41,879 bases of DNA from an uncultured virus (IMG/VR IMGVR_UViG_3300029953_000002) (taxonomy: Duplodnaviria > Heunggongvirae > Uroviricota > Caudoviricetes), in IMG/VR virus record IMGVR_UViG_3300029953_000002; one strand, written 5' to 3'. The notes beneath the pieces were generated by a model. The model searched no databases and was not told where the DNA came from. It worked only from the letters and a program-made list of their open reading frames with translations. Shown in pieces: positions 9,502 through 19,679 of this stretch (its first letter is position 1; each line of letters begins with the position of its first letter). Made by a program: the position numbers and the translations under genes.

Positions 9502-10767
9502 TTAAATCGCACCAAACCCACCATTGCGATTGCCATAATTATTATTACCATAACTAGGAGTGTTATAGCTTCGTCCTATTCCTCCTAATCCTGCTGGTCT
9601 ATCCATACCACTACGTGATTGACCTTGCTGATACTGTTGTACGTTATTAGGAGCGCCAATAACAGAACGCAAACTAGGAACAGAACGAATCAGTGAGTTA
9701 AAATCCAAACCACCATTCTCAGTAACTACTGGCGCAGGCTGATACGATTGTGCTGGTTGGCCATATGTGTTTTGTGGTTGTTGTGGTGGAACTTGCCACG
9801 GTTGAAGATTAGTAACTGGAGCGCTTGCAAATGAAGCTGATGTCGCTGCTGCGGCAGGCGTGGTTCCTACGTCAGTATGTAGAGACTTACCTTCGTTACC
9901 AGCTTGCATTGGAACTAAGCGAATCTCTGATTTCATTACTTCGATATTATCGAATGTTTCTTCCCATTCAGATTCAAACAGAAGTTCATCTGCCTCATCT
10001 TCCATTGTGTTTCTAAACAATTCAATGATAGTGTTCAGATTAGAAGCTACGACACCTACTGTCTTCATCAAAGCATCAAGATAAGGTGCAAGTTGAGATT
10101 CAGTACCAATGTTATATGTTTCAGGCTTATCAATACCTGGAAAAATATAATCCATCAAGCTTATTAAAGATTTAATATCTTTTACACGCAGCTTTACACC
10201 ATAACACTCATGCTCTGATTTTGTCAAGGCTTCGTATAGTGGAAAATGTACAATACCACATCGTGAGTAAGTAGTTCCTCTTACCTTACCACCACGTTTT
10301 AGGAATATGGATACAAAATTCTTTTGAGAATTACCTTCGCCAAACTGTTCACATACTTTTGCGAAATCGTCAACCGTCTTCTTATCGACATTTTTAACAT
10401 GACTCAGAAAATCGGATTGTTCAGGCGTTAACGACGCATGCTCGTCTATGTGTGAAGCAATTTTTAACAAATGTAATGTTAGAACGTGCAACACGTAATT
10501 AATACGCACAACTAATGATGCTCGAAACTTTTCCAAGACATCAGATTCGCCTTTCAAAAGACTTTCCGATAACGGATGGAATATCACGATATTCGACTTA
10601 TTAGAATTAGCCAAATGTTCTTGAGTAGGAAGAACTAGTCGTTTTCCTTTTACAAGCAATGGTGTTTTTAATTCACCAATTACTTGATTCACATAACCGT
10701 CGTCAGTAGCCACTAAGTCAGCTGTTTTAAGTATGGATTTATACAAATCCAATAATTTCATTGCCAT
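9502..10767 (-). CDS. Conserved chimallivirus core protein (phiKZ gp70-like) with Q/P/G/N-rich disordered C-terminus
   Basis: 421 aa; lies between the gp69-like gene and the nvRNAP beta gene. Confidence 0.7.
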   Translation of the reverse strand: MAMKLLDLYKSILKTADLVATDDGYVNQVIGELKTPLLVKGKRLVLPTQEHLANSNKSNIVIFHPLSESLLKGESDVLEKFRASLVVRINYVLHVLTLHLLKIASHIDEHASLTPEQSDFLSHVKNVDKKTVDDFAKVCEQFGEGNSQKNFVSIFLKRGGKVRGTTYSRCGIVHFPLYEALTKSEHECYGVKLRVKDIKSLISLMDYIFPGIDKPETYNIGTESQLAPYLDALMKTVGVVASNLNTIIELFRNTMEDEADELLFESEWEETFDNIEVMKSEIRLVPMQAGNEGKSLHTDVGTTPAAAATSASFASAPVTNLQPWQVPPQQPQNTYGQPAQSYQPAPVVTENGGLDFNSLIRSVPSLRSVIGAPNNVQQYQQGQSRSGMDRPAGLGGIGRSYNTPSYGNNNYGNRNGGFGAI

Positions 10768-10783
10768 TGCTTTTTTCCTTTAT

Positions 10784-12256
10784 TTAAATAACACCGAAAC
10801 CACCGGAACTTAACGGTGTTTGTATATTCCCATTAGTTTTACCAACGAAATCACAAGGAGATGGTCTAAGCTGACCCATCAGATCACTGAAATCGTTTGC
10901 TACTGACATAGCTAGTCTACCATTTGTTGTTACTACCGGAACAGTCAATGCATCGCAAAACGATGGCGTGACGTAATCTACTTCTGGTTTACCGTCCAAA
11001 GATATTTTTATCCATGTTTCTCCAAGTAGATCAATTTGCATCGAGATTTCGAACGACATAGCACCCGAATACGATAGATCTTGCAACACTTGGAATTCCA
11101 TGTTTCGTATGAAATTCTGCAAACCTAAACTATGATCAAATGTATCAGAAAACCCACGTACATCAAAAACGACTGTACTGATTACACCGTCTCTAGATTG
11201 ATTAGTAGTTTTAAACACAACCCAAGTAAGCCCTTGCTCCATAAGCAAACCTGGAATTGCTTGACTTAAAATAGTCGCGGCATGCGTAACGCCATCAGAA
11301 CCACCCCAATCAGCAGTTAGTCCTGCTTGATGCACAGTTGCTTTCTCTGTAGCGGACATTAAAACAACGACTGCTAAATTATCAACATTAGGGTCAAGTA
11401 ACATTAATTCATTATAAGAGAAAGAGTCACCAATGGGTCTTCCTGTGACATTACTAATTGCAGATAACAAGGGGTCTTTAGAAGCAATATTTTCTGCTGA
11501 ATAATCTCTAGCGGCTTCTAGAATATCACCACGAGAAGAACCAATACTTGTATCAGCTTCGGAGCTTTTCCAACTCTGCAAGATATTAGCCATATAGCTT
11601 GCCGGTACACCATTTGCTCGCCTTGATTTCATGGCTAGATTATTAGCTATGGTTCTTTCGTCATACATAGTACAATCAGGCGGCAGCATATCACGCGTCA
11701 TTACTGAATAAATATCTTCAGGTCGCATCCGGTGATTTGATACCTGTTGACCAACACCGGACCAGCTATTATCGGTAATCACGTGAGAATTATCATTGAT
11801 AGTCACGTGAGTTTGATTACCGAGAGGCGTCCTTTCGATTGTTCGTCTTTCCGTTATAATAGAGTTAACGGTAAAAATCATTCTCGGATCAACGCTACCA
11901 GACAACGCAACACCATCGTAGTCGGTATAACCCATCACGTTTTCAATTATCTCACTACCGATACCTGGAAATACAGATCTTACTTCCATACAGAAACGCA
12001 TTCGTTTCTGTCCCCAGCCATTCGGAATGTCGATCGTTCCTTCTGGAGTAGGAGACGGACTAACAAAATGACTAGCAATACCAGCGACTGTTGTTGGTCC
12101 AATTTTATTTGTATTAAATAATCGTTCTTGAATAATGTTCAATGTAGAGCGATCAAGATTTGTATTGTAAGGTCGTCGAAACTGTTGGTTATACGTGCCG
12201 GTTTCATGAATTATCAAACGTGTAATTGCAATTCCTGGTCTCTGATTAAAAGACAT
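10784..12256 (-). CDS. picA: Phage-nucleus protein import factor PicA/Imp1 (phiKZ gp69-like)
   Basis: 490 aa immediately downstream of the gp68-like subunit; size and synteny match. Confidence 0.7.
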   Translation of the reverse strand: MSFNQRPGIAITRLIIHETGTYNQQFRRPYNTNLDRSTLNIIQERLFNTNKIGPTTVAGIASHFVSPSPTPEGTIDIPNGWGQKRMRFCMEVRSVFPGIGSEIIENVMGYTDYDGVALSGSVDPRMIFTVNSIITERRTIERTPLGNQTHVTINDNSHVITDNSWSGVGQQVSNHRMRPEDIYSVMTRDMLPPDCTMYDERTIANNLAMKSRRANGVPASYMANILQSWKSSEADTSIGSSRGDILEAARDYSAENIASKDPLLSAISNVTGRPIGDSFSYNELMLLDPNVDNLAVVVLMSATEKATVHQAGLTADWGGSDGVTHAATILSQAIPGLLMEQGLTWVVFKTTNQSRDGVISTVVFDVRGFSDTFDHSLGLQNFIRNMEFQVLQDLSYSGAMSFEISMQIDLLGETWIKISLDGKPEVDYVTPSFCDALTVPVVTTNGRLAMSVANDFSDLMGQLRPSPCDFVGKTNGNIQTPLSSGGFGVI

Positions 12257-13912
12257 TTAAAAACTCCTTTGTGCAAGAGAAATAGCAAGATCAGCTAACT
12301 TTATTTTAATATCATGCGATACTACTGTTCTTCTATTATTTTTATTTCCATACAACTGTGCTATCCAACTATCGGGTATTGTTAGTCTCCAATTACGTTC
12401 TACAAATAAATTCGACACGAGATCAATACTCTCAGCAGCTGGATTAGTGCGTTTAGCAGTTTTCTGCTTACCAGATGATCGTTTTGAATATGGATATAAC
12501 GCATCGAGTATTTCTAATTGTTCCTTTTTGATTCTTGCGCGTGAATCAAAATCAACACGAAGTGCATCGTTATTTGTTTCTTCTGCTGCGCTGACTAAAC
12601 CAGCTAATTCAAAATATCCTTTGTGCCATAAAGCAGCTTGTGCTACTGCCATTACACCCAATAACAATATCTTACTAATGTGTTGTAAACCCTTATGAGG
12701 AATAACTCTAGCGGTTACCCATTGTGTTAGTAGAATCTGCGGGTCGTATATTTGTTGTGTTTCAAGTGCTTTTATGGATAAAAAAGATTGCTCCAATAAT
12801 TCAATTTTAATATCTGGACATAGTTTGAAAGCAAGGGACATTATGTCTTGAGCATAATACGCGATAGTGATAATATCGCCTTCCGATATCTCTTGTTTTA
12901 TTTTGTAACCTTCGAGTTTCGATAAATTGTTTTCGCCTTCTTGGCTTTGTCCTTCTACAATTTTATCTTTCACTAAACCTATAAAACTATTGTCATGACC
13001 TTTTGATCTCTGTCCAATGTATTTGTAGATAAATGTAGCTAAATTAGAATTTTGATCTAATCCCCTAACATCGCCTATACTTAAACGTCGCACCAACACC
13101 ATTGACAACATCCACGTTGGATAATCTTCAGTGCTTAGTCCATCTAGTATCGGTGATGATTTTGATTTCTCTGATGGAATAGTAGCTACTACATACCGTC
13201 GTAACTTTTCCATTTCACTTGAATTTATTAACAACGTTTTTGTTAATAACCTACAAGCATAATACTCTTTAAATACTGTTCCAATTTCTTTCTTTGTTCG
13301 CTGAATGAATTCACCCCAAATAGGTATCATCGGGCGCAATAAGATTGACAGTGCCACCAATCCTTTATAATCTTTTTGATCATAAGTCCGATCACGTGTT
13401 CGTGAGTTATCAGCTGCTTCTACAAACTCAACCTCAATATTCTGAGGTATTTGTATATAGCTATAAAACTCACACCAATGTTTTACTTTTTCTAAATCAT
13501 GAAAACTAAACAATTGTTCAATCAACACATACAACTTTTTTGTTAGTTCGTTTGTGTCCCATTCCGAATCAAATGTTTCTTTTATATTCAAATAACATTT
13601 AAATATATTAGTTTGTTCTACCTGAGGTAACTGTGACCAATATTGATTAATCTCTTCAAAGATATCAAAATCACCACTGAATGATACCTTATCAAATAAA
13701 GCAATATTCCATTCAATAACTAAATCTAAGTTTTTTCCAAGATGGTCTTTATTGTCAACTCGAATTATCTTGACTATGTCGTCAATATCTAAATACGATT
13801 TACCAGCTAGTTCTTCTAATTGACTTGCGTTTACTATTAGTCCGCTTTTATGGACAACCATTGCGGTTGTTGGGACACCTTGCGCTGTTGTTCTAATTGT
13901 TATAAGTTTCAT
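12257..13912 (-). CDS. nvRNAP promoter-specificity (sigma-like) subunit (phiKZ gp68-like)
   Basis: 551 aa, helical; T-Y-x3-DY-x-x-L and PIWGEFI segments; synteny; early motif upstream. Confidence 0.75.
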   Translation of the reverse strand: MKLITIRTTAQGVPTTAMVVHKSGLIVNASQLEELAGKSYLDIDDIVKIIRVDNKDHLGKNLDLVIEWNIALFDKVSFSGDFDIFEEINQYWSQLPQVEQTNIFKCYLNIKETFDSEWDTNELTKKLYVLIEQLFSFHDLEKVKHWCEFYSYIQIPQNIEVEFVEAADNSRTRDRTYDQKDYKGLVALSILLRPMIPIWGEFIQRTKKEIGTVFKEYYACRLLTKTLLINSSEMEKLRRYVVATIPSEKSKSSPILDGLSTEDYPTWMLSMVLVRRLSIGDVRGLDQNSNLATFIYKYIGQRSKGHDNSFIGLVKDKIVEGQSQEGENNLSKLEGYKIKQEISEGDIITIAYYAQDIMSLAFKLCPDIKIELLEQSFLSIKALETQQIYDPQILLTQWVTARVIPHKGLQHISKILLLGVMAVAQAALWHKGYFELAGLVSAAEETNNDALRVDFDSRARIKKEQLEILDALYPYSKRSSGKQKTAKRTNPAAESIDLVSNLFVERNWRLTIPDSWIAQLYGNKNNRRTVVSHDIKIKLADLAISLAQRSF

Positions 13913-13944
13913 ATGTTTTTCCTTTATTTACACAACACATACTA

Positions 13945-13967
13945 CTCACTTTAGTGATATATGACTA
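13945..13967 (-). promoter_or_regulatory. Early-promoter-like motif
   Basis: Minus strand TAGTCATATATCACTAAAGTGAG, nearly identical to the chmA copy. Confidence 0.75.
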
Positions 13968-14000
13968 TATTTGTTTGTATTGCCATCACCTTAAAAACTA

Positions 14001-14047
14001 CGGTAGAAAGTAACCTAAGCCTTCCGAGCCAGGGTTACTTTCTACCG
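14001..14047. terminator. 15-bp stem hairpin (terminator or processing site)
   Basis: CGGTAGAAAGTAACC / GGTTACTTTCTACCG. Confidence 0.65.
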
Positions 14048-14078
14048 CTACAATATGAACTTATTTCACTACAATTAA

Positions 14079-14792
14079 TTAGAACGGGAGATCAGTATCG
14101 CCGCCGATGTCGTCCTGGGAATTATTGCCTCCGCCGCTAGAACGACCGCCGTTATAATTATTAGGGCGACCACCACCATTGTCTTTCGGCTTTGGCGCTT
14201 CGTAGTTGTCTGCGAGCATTGTCGGCATCAACTCAGTTAAGATGTCCGCGTACGCAGCAGCGCACCATTCAGAAACCTTTGCAATCGGGAACTCAGAACC
14301 ATCCCCATGCACATAGCGATGAAAGCGGCTCTGTGGCAGGAAAGGAAATTTAATACGAGGGCGTCCTTTAGTTGTAGATGCTACTGAAATCCATAGCAAA
14401 CCATTATCGTCTTTTCCAACATAAATTTCACTTACAACAACAGGCTGTTCACTACGTTTCCCACCTGGGAAAATAAAGTTCTTACATTCCAATCTAAACT
14501 TACGTTCGTCAACTGGTGCTGTTACAGGAACCTTAATCATTTCACGAATACCGTGAATAAGCATGAAGAAATTTGGCACGTCTACATTACCAGAAATTTT
14601 TCCGTATCCGTTACTTTCACCAGTGTCTTTAGGATCTCCTGTATATACGGTAATACGAGGGTTATTAGCGTACAATCCCCAAACCAAATTAGACCACTTT
14701 GAGTCGTCACCAGGACACTTCACTGACAGACTAAGTTTATTGTTATCTAAAGCATTTTTCACACGCGGTGGAGCTTGATAATTACCAGCCAT
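14079..14792 (-). CDS. Conserved core protein (phiKZ gp67-like position) with an SSB-type acidic tail
   Basis: G/N-rich linker ending DDIGGDTDLPF, like bacterial SSB DDDIPF. Confidence 0.7.
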   Translation of the reverse strand: MAGNYQAPPRVKNALDNNKLSLSVKCPGDDSKWSNLVWGLYANNPRITVYTGDPKDTGESNGYGKISGNVDVPNFFMLIHGIREMIKVPVTAPVDERKFRLECKNFIFPGGKRSEQPVVVSEIYVGKDDNGLLWISVASTTKGRPRIKFPFLPQSRFHRYVHGDGSEFPIAKVSEWCAAAYADILTELMPTMLADNYEAPKPKDNGGGRPNNYNGGRSSGGGNNSQDDIGGDTDLPF

Positions 14793-14872
14793 GATTAACT
14801 TCCTTTTATTAAATGTTGTATTCTGACGCTCAAATTATGAGTCATGTCAGTAATAAATTACTGTATATTATA

Positions 14873-15718
14873 TTAACCATTCCTAATTAATACTTCTTGA
14901 AGAATAGCACGTGTGTACGGATCTTTAATAGCGCTTATACTCATAGACAGCTTGTCGTATGTTGATACCGCGCTCCATTTATAATGGGTAGCTATATCTA
15001 TAATCTCTCGACGAACCTTAATTGGCATTGGTTGAAACTGCTCATTATCGCCAAATACCTGAATAAGATCCTCTCGAAATGGAATCATAGATAAGTTTGA
15101 TCCTTGATAATATTTCGTATACCAAAGTGCTCTGTCTTTGAGTTTACCAGTATGAGATTCAATCAGTACTAATTTATTAAATTCTCTATAAGACAATAAA
15201 TCATAAGCGTAGTGTGTTAAAATTAAAGCTTTTGTTTTAACAGGTGACTTTATCTTTAAAGTAAATTTAACGATTTCACTAGGATGCTCAGTTAACAATA
15301 TATTCATTGTTAAATTATGAAAAGCTGTATACTCTTTTTGTTTTGGAGTATTGTCTACTCTTAACTGAGCGTGTTTATATAAGTGTGTCATGTTAGCATA
15401 GTCGCTATAATAGAACACTACTTTAGTTTTACCTTTTGTTACGTCATTTACGATAGATGTAATCACATCCATTTCTACCGCTATTTCAGCAGCTACTTGA
15501 TTTGGAAGTACAAGACCTGCATCTTCTTTATTTAAACTCCCCATAAGGTTTCTAAATAAAGTACGCGTGTTGACATAAAGTTCTTGGTAATCTTTTATAG
15601 GCGGATATTCCGTAGGATAATCTTCATGTATGCCGCACAAAGCCTCTTTAGCCAACGATGTAGCAATGCTTAAATTATACTGGCCTACCGCCCTATTAGA
15701 AATGGCATCTGTATTCAT
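14873..15718 (-). CDS. Conserved core protein (phiKZ gp66-like)
   Basis: 281 aa, ATGA-coupled to the SbcD-like gene. Confidence 0.7.
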   Translation of the reverse strand: MNTDAISNRAVGQYNLSIATSLAKEALCGIHEDYPTEYPPIKDYQELYVNTRTLFRNLMGSLNKEDAGLVLPNQVAAEIAVEMDVITSIVNDVTKGKTKVVFYYSDYANMTHLYKHAQLRVDNTPKQKEYTAFHNLTMNILLTEHPSEIVKFTLKIKSPVKTKALILTHYAYDLLSYREFNKLVLIESHTGKLKDRALWYTKYYQGSNLSMIPFREDLIQVFGDNEQFQPMPIKVRREIIDIATHYKWSAVSTYDKLSMSISAIKDPYTRAILQEVLIRNG

Positions 15719-16824
15719 TCTACCTCCACCATGATACTATTCGCAGCATCTAACATTAAATCAGATGCGCCATTATTCACCATACGTTCAATTAATAATC
15801 CTTTAAGATTATCTTTCGTTAACGTAATCGGCACAAATAATTCTTCTTTATCTACAATTGATTTTTCTTCTTCTATAGTTTTTGATGGTAATTTTGACCA
15901 ACTATAAAAAGGAAACTGTCTAATTAGCATTTCCATATTTTCAAATATGGGGTTATCACTATCTGCCTCAACACGCACAAATGAGTTAGCTGGTAAGTCC
16001 TTTACTTTTTCTTCAATAAGTGCTAGAGTGTCTGGTAGTGTTAAACCAAAACAATGAACAGTAATGAATTTCTTTGCTCCTTTATTTTCAACAAATGTAA
16101 TTTGATATTTTCCATTATCTCGTACTGTTGCACGAATATGTCCTTTTGGTTCTTCTTCACCATGTGCTAATCTATCAAAAGAACCTTGTGCAATAATGCG
16201 ATCAAACTGTGTATAGGTGTGTATGTGTCCAATTAATATTAAATTCTTAACTAGGGATAAATACGCACTGGCGTTATGAACTGGTGATTTAACGTACGAG
16301 GGTAACTGATGATCGAACGTACCATGCATTATCGCGTAATCTACTTTAGTAAGCCCTTTTGCTTTTAACAGTTCATGGACTTGGCTTAGTGTTTTATCAG
16401 TTGTTGTCTCCCATTCATCAGGTACATAGAGCACGGTTATCCCGTAGCGCTCTATGTACTCGATGGATAGTTCTTTAACGTATTTTAGTTCAGCGCCAAT
16501 GCCTGCTAAGGTGTTCGTGTTTGGAAATATCTCTGATTGTTTCCAATCATGCGAAGGTGTCCCTTCCAATACACGAACTAGAATATCGTGCTTCTTGCAT
16601 AGTCGCAGAAAATGCGCTACCCAGAATTTAATATCCCATACTTCTTCATCTGATAAATTCATTAAATCGTGAAATACATCACCAGCTAAAAAAATAATAT
16701 CTAATTCAGCTGTTTCAGCATTATCAGGAAAAGCTTTTTTAAGATTTTCAATAATCTCAGCTGTAGGATTCTTCCTATGGCCAAGATGCAAATCAGAAAT
16801 CACTGCTATTTTAAGTTCCTTCAT
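15715..16824 (-). CDS. SbcD/Mre11-like metallophosphoesterase nuclease (phiKZ gp65-like)
   Basis: ISDLHLG, AGDVF, GTPSHD, MHG, GHIH motifs. Confidence 0.9.
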   Translation of the reverse strand: MKELKIAVISDLHLGHRKNPTAEIIENLKKAFPDNAETAELDIIFLAGDVFHDLMNLSDEEVWDIKFWVAHFLRLCKKHDILVRVLEGTPSHDWKQSEIFPNTNTLAGIGAELKYVKELSIEYIERYGITVLYVPDEWETTTDKTLSQVHELLKAKGLTKVDYAIMHGTFDHQLPSYVKSPVHNASAYLSLVKNLILIGHIHTYTQFDRIIAQGSFDRLAHGEEEPKGHIRATVRDNGKYQITFVENKGAKKFITVHCFGLTLPDTLALIEEKVKDLPANSFVRVEADSDNPIFENMEMLIRQFPFYSWSKLPSKTIEEEKSIVDKEELFVPITLTKDNLKGLLIERMVNNGASDLMLDAANSIMVEVE

Positions 16825-16898
16825 TTAAATATCTCCAAGAAGGATATTTGTTTAACGCATGGTCGCTCATAACGTTGCGTGAAGTGTTAAAATAATTC

Positions 16899-17483
16899 TT
16901 ATTCTGATATAAATTCAAAATCGTCCGTATCATCGACTTCGTCTGTGGTGTTGTTAATTATTTTCTTTTGATCGGCAGTAAGCTCTACAATAGGCAGTCT
17001 GCCGTATCTTGTAAAAATACTGTTCCATATAGCCAGATCTTTTAAAACATTACCCGGAACTTTCATGATAAGCGCACGCTTGGTCAATTCCGTTGTAAGA
17101 TAACGAAGTCCTTGTCTCGGACTTTGATTTGCTATCTGTCCGGCAGTAGTAACTACAGATGAAATAGGAACCTTATAATCGCTCGGTTTCACTGGATTTA
17201 CTGCTTCTCTATTTAATAGAGGAGGAACTGTAAACAAAATATTATCATTTCTATCAACAACATGAACAGACTTGTACGGACTCCCAGCGTAGTTTAACCA
17301 TGTTTCCATATTCACGTTGTAGTGTAATTGCTCATCTCCAGCAAACACTGGTAAGAAAACACCAACAAACACACGCTCTGGTAAACGTTTAATATCTTCT
17401 TCTGCTATTTGAATTAATCGTTTTGTAACAATGTTACTATCGCCAGTTTGTTTTTGTTCTGCAAATTTATCAATGTTAATCAT
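16899..17483 (-). CDS. Conserved hypothetical core protein
   Basis: 194-aa ORF in the core block, acidic C-terminus. Confidence 0.7.
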   Translation of the reverse strand: MINIDKFAEQKQTGDSNIVTKRLIQIAEEDIKRLPERVFVGVFLPVFAGDEQLHYNVNMETWLNYAGSPYKSVHVVDRNDNILFTVPPLLNREAVNPVKPSDYKVPISSVVTTAGQIANQSPRQGLRYLTTELTKRALIMKVPGNVLKDLAIWNSIFTRYGRLPIVELTADQKKIINNTTDEVDDTDDFEFISE

Positions 17484-17493
17484 GATTTACTTT

Positions 17494-17961
17494 CTAAGTA
17501 GCAGACCCAGTATTATTCAATTTAACAATGGTCTCCACTATTGAATTTTGAATATTTAATAGTCTGCCAATAGAATAAGTAGTGCCGTTTTCTGTAACAT
17601 CACACTGAATGCCAACCGAAACCTTATCTGTCAAATTCGTAGCATTATCATCTGTTGTGATAACAATGTTGACAACTTGATAATAACGTCCAAGATACGT
17701 GTCAAGAGTTCGTCGTAATTGGTTACTAAAATTAGTGATATCGTTACCGTATTGTTCAATTAACCATTGTATATTTGAAATTCTACCAGCGTACAAATAT
17801 GATTGAATATAGTCTGCTTCAAAAAAATGGCTAATCAAAAAATCCGCTTTTTCAGCAGTGGCGAATACCCAACCAGCAGGAGATAAAGTTGGGACCGGTA
17901 CAGTGGCTGTGCTGAACGTAGTAATTACATCTGATGCAGTGACTAGTGTTGTAGATGTCAT
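17494..17961 (-). CDS. Conserved hypothetical core protein (possibly virion/baseplate-associated)
   Basis: 155-aa ORF in the core block. Confidence 0.65.
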   Translation of the reverse strand: MTSTTLVTASDVITTFSTATVPVPTLSPAGWVFATAEKADFLISHFFEADYIQSYLYAGRISNIQWLIEQYGNDITNFSNQLRRTLDTYLGRYYQVVNIVITTDDNATNLTDKVSVGIQCDVTENGTTYSIGRLLNIQNSIVETIVKLNNTGSAT

Positions 17962-18059
17962 TTTCTAATTCTCTATAATCGGGTAACACATTATGTATCG
18001 GGTATGGAAAAAAAAACAGACCTAATCCAAAATACGGACTAAGTCTGTTAGTGTTATAT

Positions 18060-18692
18060 TTACATCATCCCACCAAAGCCTGATGTTGGGTCTTCTTTTC
18101 CAGCATCAATGATGGCTTTTACATTAGCCCATGTTATCAAGATATCAGATTGTTCATCTATATCTAACTCACGATCACCTTCCTTTAAGTCGTCGATGAA
18201 CTGTGTATGAGACCACCCAGCTTCACTATCCCCATCTACTGGCAGATCTGTTACAATTCCATCCATTACGCGACGATAGTCGTAATGCTCGTCACCTGTT
18301 GCTTCTGGCTGCACGTCTACATATGTTTCAGAATACCCATCAATACGTTGTTGATGATACAATGTTCTGACAGTAGGCTCAGCCATTATCCATCGTTGCA
18401 TTTGTAGTTGTGCTATTTGAAACTCAGTCACTTCGCATAGTGGTTTAATTACATCCTTTTGGAATAAATTACTTACTTTCTTGTATGCTACACGTGATAA
18501 ACGCATTGCCTCACTACCGTTGAACTTTTCAATAAGTTCAGAACTATCTTGTAGAAATGTTCTCCCAGCGTCGGTAAGAGTATTACTAAAATTATTTAAT
18601 TGATTTTTAATAAAGTCTACTGTACTAGGATGTTTAGGCGAGTACAATAGAGCATTAAATTCTTGCGCACCGCCTATTAATACTTGCGCCAT
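18060..18692 (-). CDS. Conserved core protein (phiKZ gp59/Imp3-like by position)
   Basis: Directly downstream of nvRNAP exon 3; start at ATG 18692 behind AAGGAG. Confidence 0.65.
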   Translation of the reverse strand: MAQVLIGGAQEFNALLYSPKHPSTVDFIKNQLNNFSNTLTDAGRTFLQDSSELIEKFNGSEAMRLSRVAYKKVSNLFQKDVIKPLCEVTEFQIAQLQMQRWIMAEPTVRTLYHQQRIDGYSETYVDVQPEATGDEHYDYRRVMDGIVTDLPVDGDSEAGWSHTQFIDDLKEGDRELDIDEQSDILITWANVKAIIDAGKEDPTSGFGGMM

Positions 18693-18709
18693 TGATTCTC
18701 CTTTTTTCA

Positions 18710-18937
18710 TTACTGCACAAAAAGTAATTCTGACATTCGTTGAAACTTAACCGGATCAACAACACTGTCGTCGCTATGAATATACGAAGCCAATGTGCTG
18801 ACAACTGGTTTCGGCATCGATAAATTTCGCGATACCATACGTGGGTTATTCAAATCAAAAGTTGATTTATGCGGAGCTAGATTCTTTAATTGTTCCGTTA
18901 TACATGTATCGATTGATAATGTTGCGTTTAACTGATC
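18710..18937 (-). CDS. nvRNAP beta' catalytic subunit, exon 3
   Basis: Open frame DQLNATLSIDTCITEQLKNLAPHKSTFDLNNPRMVSRNLSMPKPVVSTLASYIHSDDSVVDPVKFQRMSELLFVQ*; supplies the last Asp of NADFDGD. Confidence 0.9.
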   Translation of the reverse strand, partial: DQLNATLSIDTCITEQLKNLAPHKSTFDLNNPRMVSRNLSMPKPVVSTLASYIHSDDSVVDPVKFQRMSELLFVQ

Positions 18938-19232
18938 CTTTTGTCCATCTAATTCGTTAGATTAGATCGGTATGCTGAATACCTGCTTTATGTTTCCATA
19001 AAGAACTGACTATATCTTCTATTCGTAATGAATAGCCTTCCGTTTCGGAATCACTTGATTCCTACTCGCTTACGCGATAGTCGATGAACCTTCTCCTGTA
19101 CGGAGCTTGGCTGCTGATTGCCCAATCTCTATTCTTTTAAAACCTTGGCTTTGTCTTTCGACTCGCAGTGGTGAATAAAGCTCTCAGGGGTTTCCAGACA
19201 GTTAAAAAGGTTTTTAGACAGCAATTTTGTTT
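18938..19232 (-). mobile_element. Group I intron 2 (295 nt, no homing endonuclease ORF)
   Basis: Exon ends in U, intron ends in G; P1 GACGGU/GCUGUC with U.G pair; core AAUCAGCAGCCAAGC, AAGGUUCAUCGACUAU, GAAGAUAUAGUC (P7). Confidence 0.92.
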
Positions 19233-19252
19233 ACCGTCAAAATCTGCATTAA
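19233..19252 (-). CDS. nvRNAP beta' catalytic subunit, 20-nt micro-exon 2
   Basis: TT AAT GCA GAT TTT GAC GGT = (F)NADFDG. Confidence 0.92.
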
Positions 19253-19679
19253 CTTATTGTCCAATTAGTTCGTTACACTAACCCGGTATGTTGTACCTGC
19301 TATATATCTCTATATAGAACAGACTATATCTTCATCCTCAGCTTTATCTGTTTGGATGTCCACTGCTTCGGAGCCACTAGCTCCTACTCCCATTACAGGA
19401 TAGTCGTTGAACCTTCATCATTCTTAAATGGTTACCAATTTACATGGTAACGATTAGGCTCTTTCATTTAAGTTAAGATGCTTGGCTGCTGATTGTCTCT
19501 ACCAGATTATTTTCAAACATTGACGTATGTGTTTTCACACTCCGCTTTAGTTAATCTGTCTAACAAGAGTTTCCAGCAATTCAATGGATTTACATTTATC
19601 ATTACTGATAAACTGGCCTGTATAAATATTATTTATAGTAATAGTATATTATTTTACTATAGAATTACTTATGTTCCTA
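19253..19679 (-). mobile_element. Group I intron 1 (427 nt, no homing endonuclease ORF)
   Basis: Exon ends GGCU, intron ends ...AAUAAG; core GAAUUGCUGGAAA, AAUCAGCAGCCAAGC, AAGGUUCAACGACUAU, GAAGAUAUAGUC. Confidence 0.9.
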
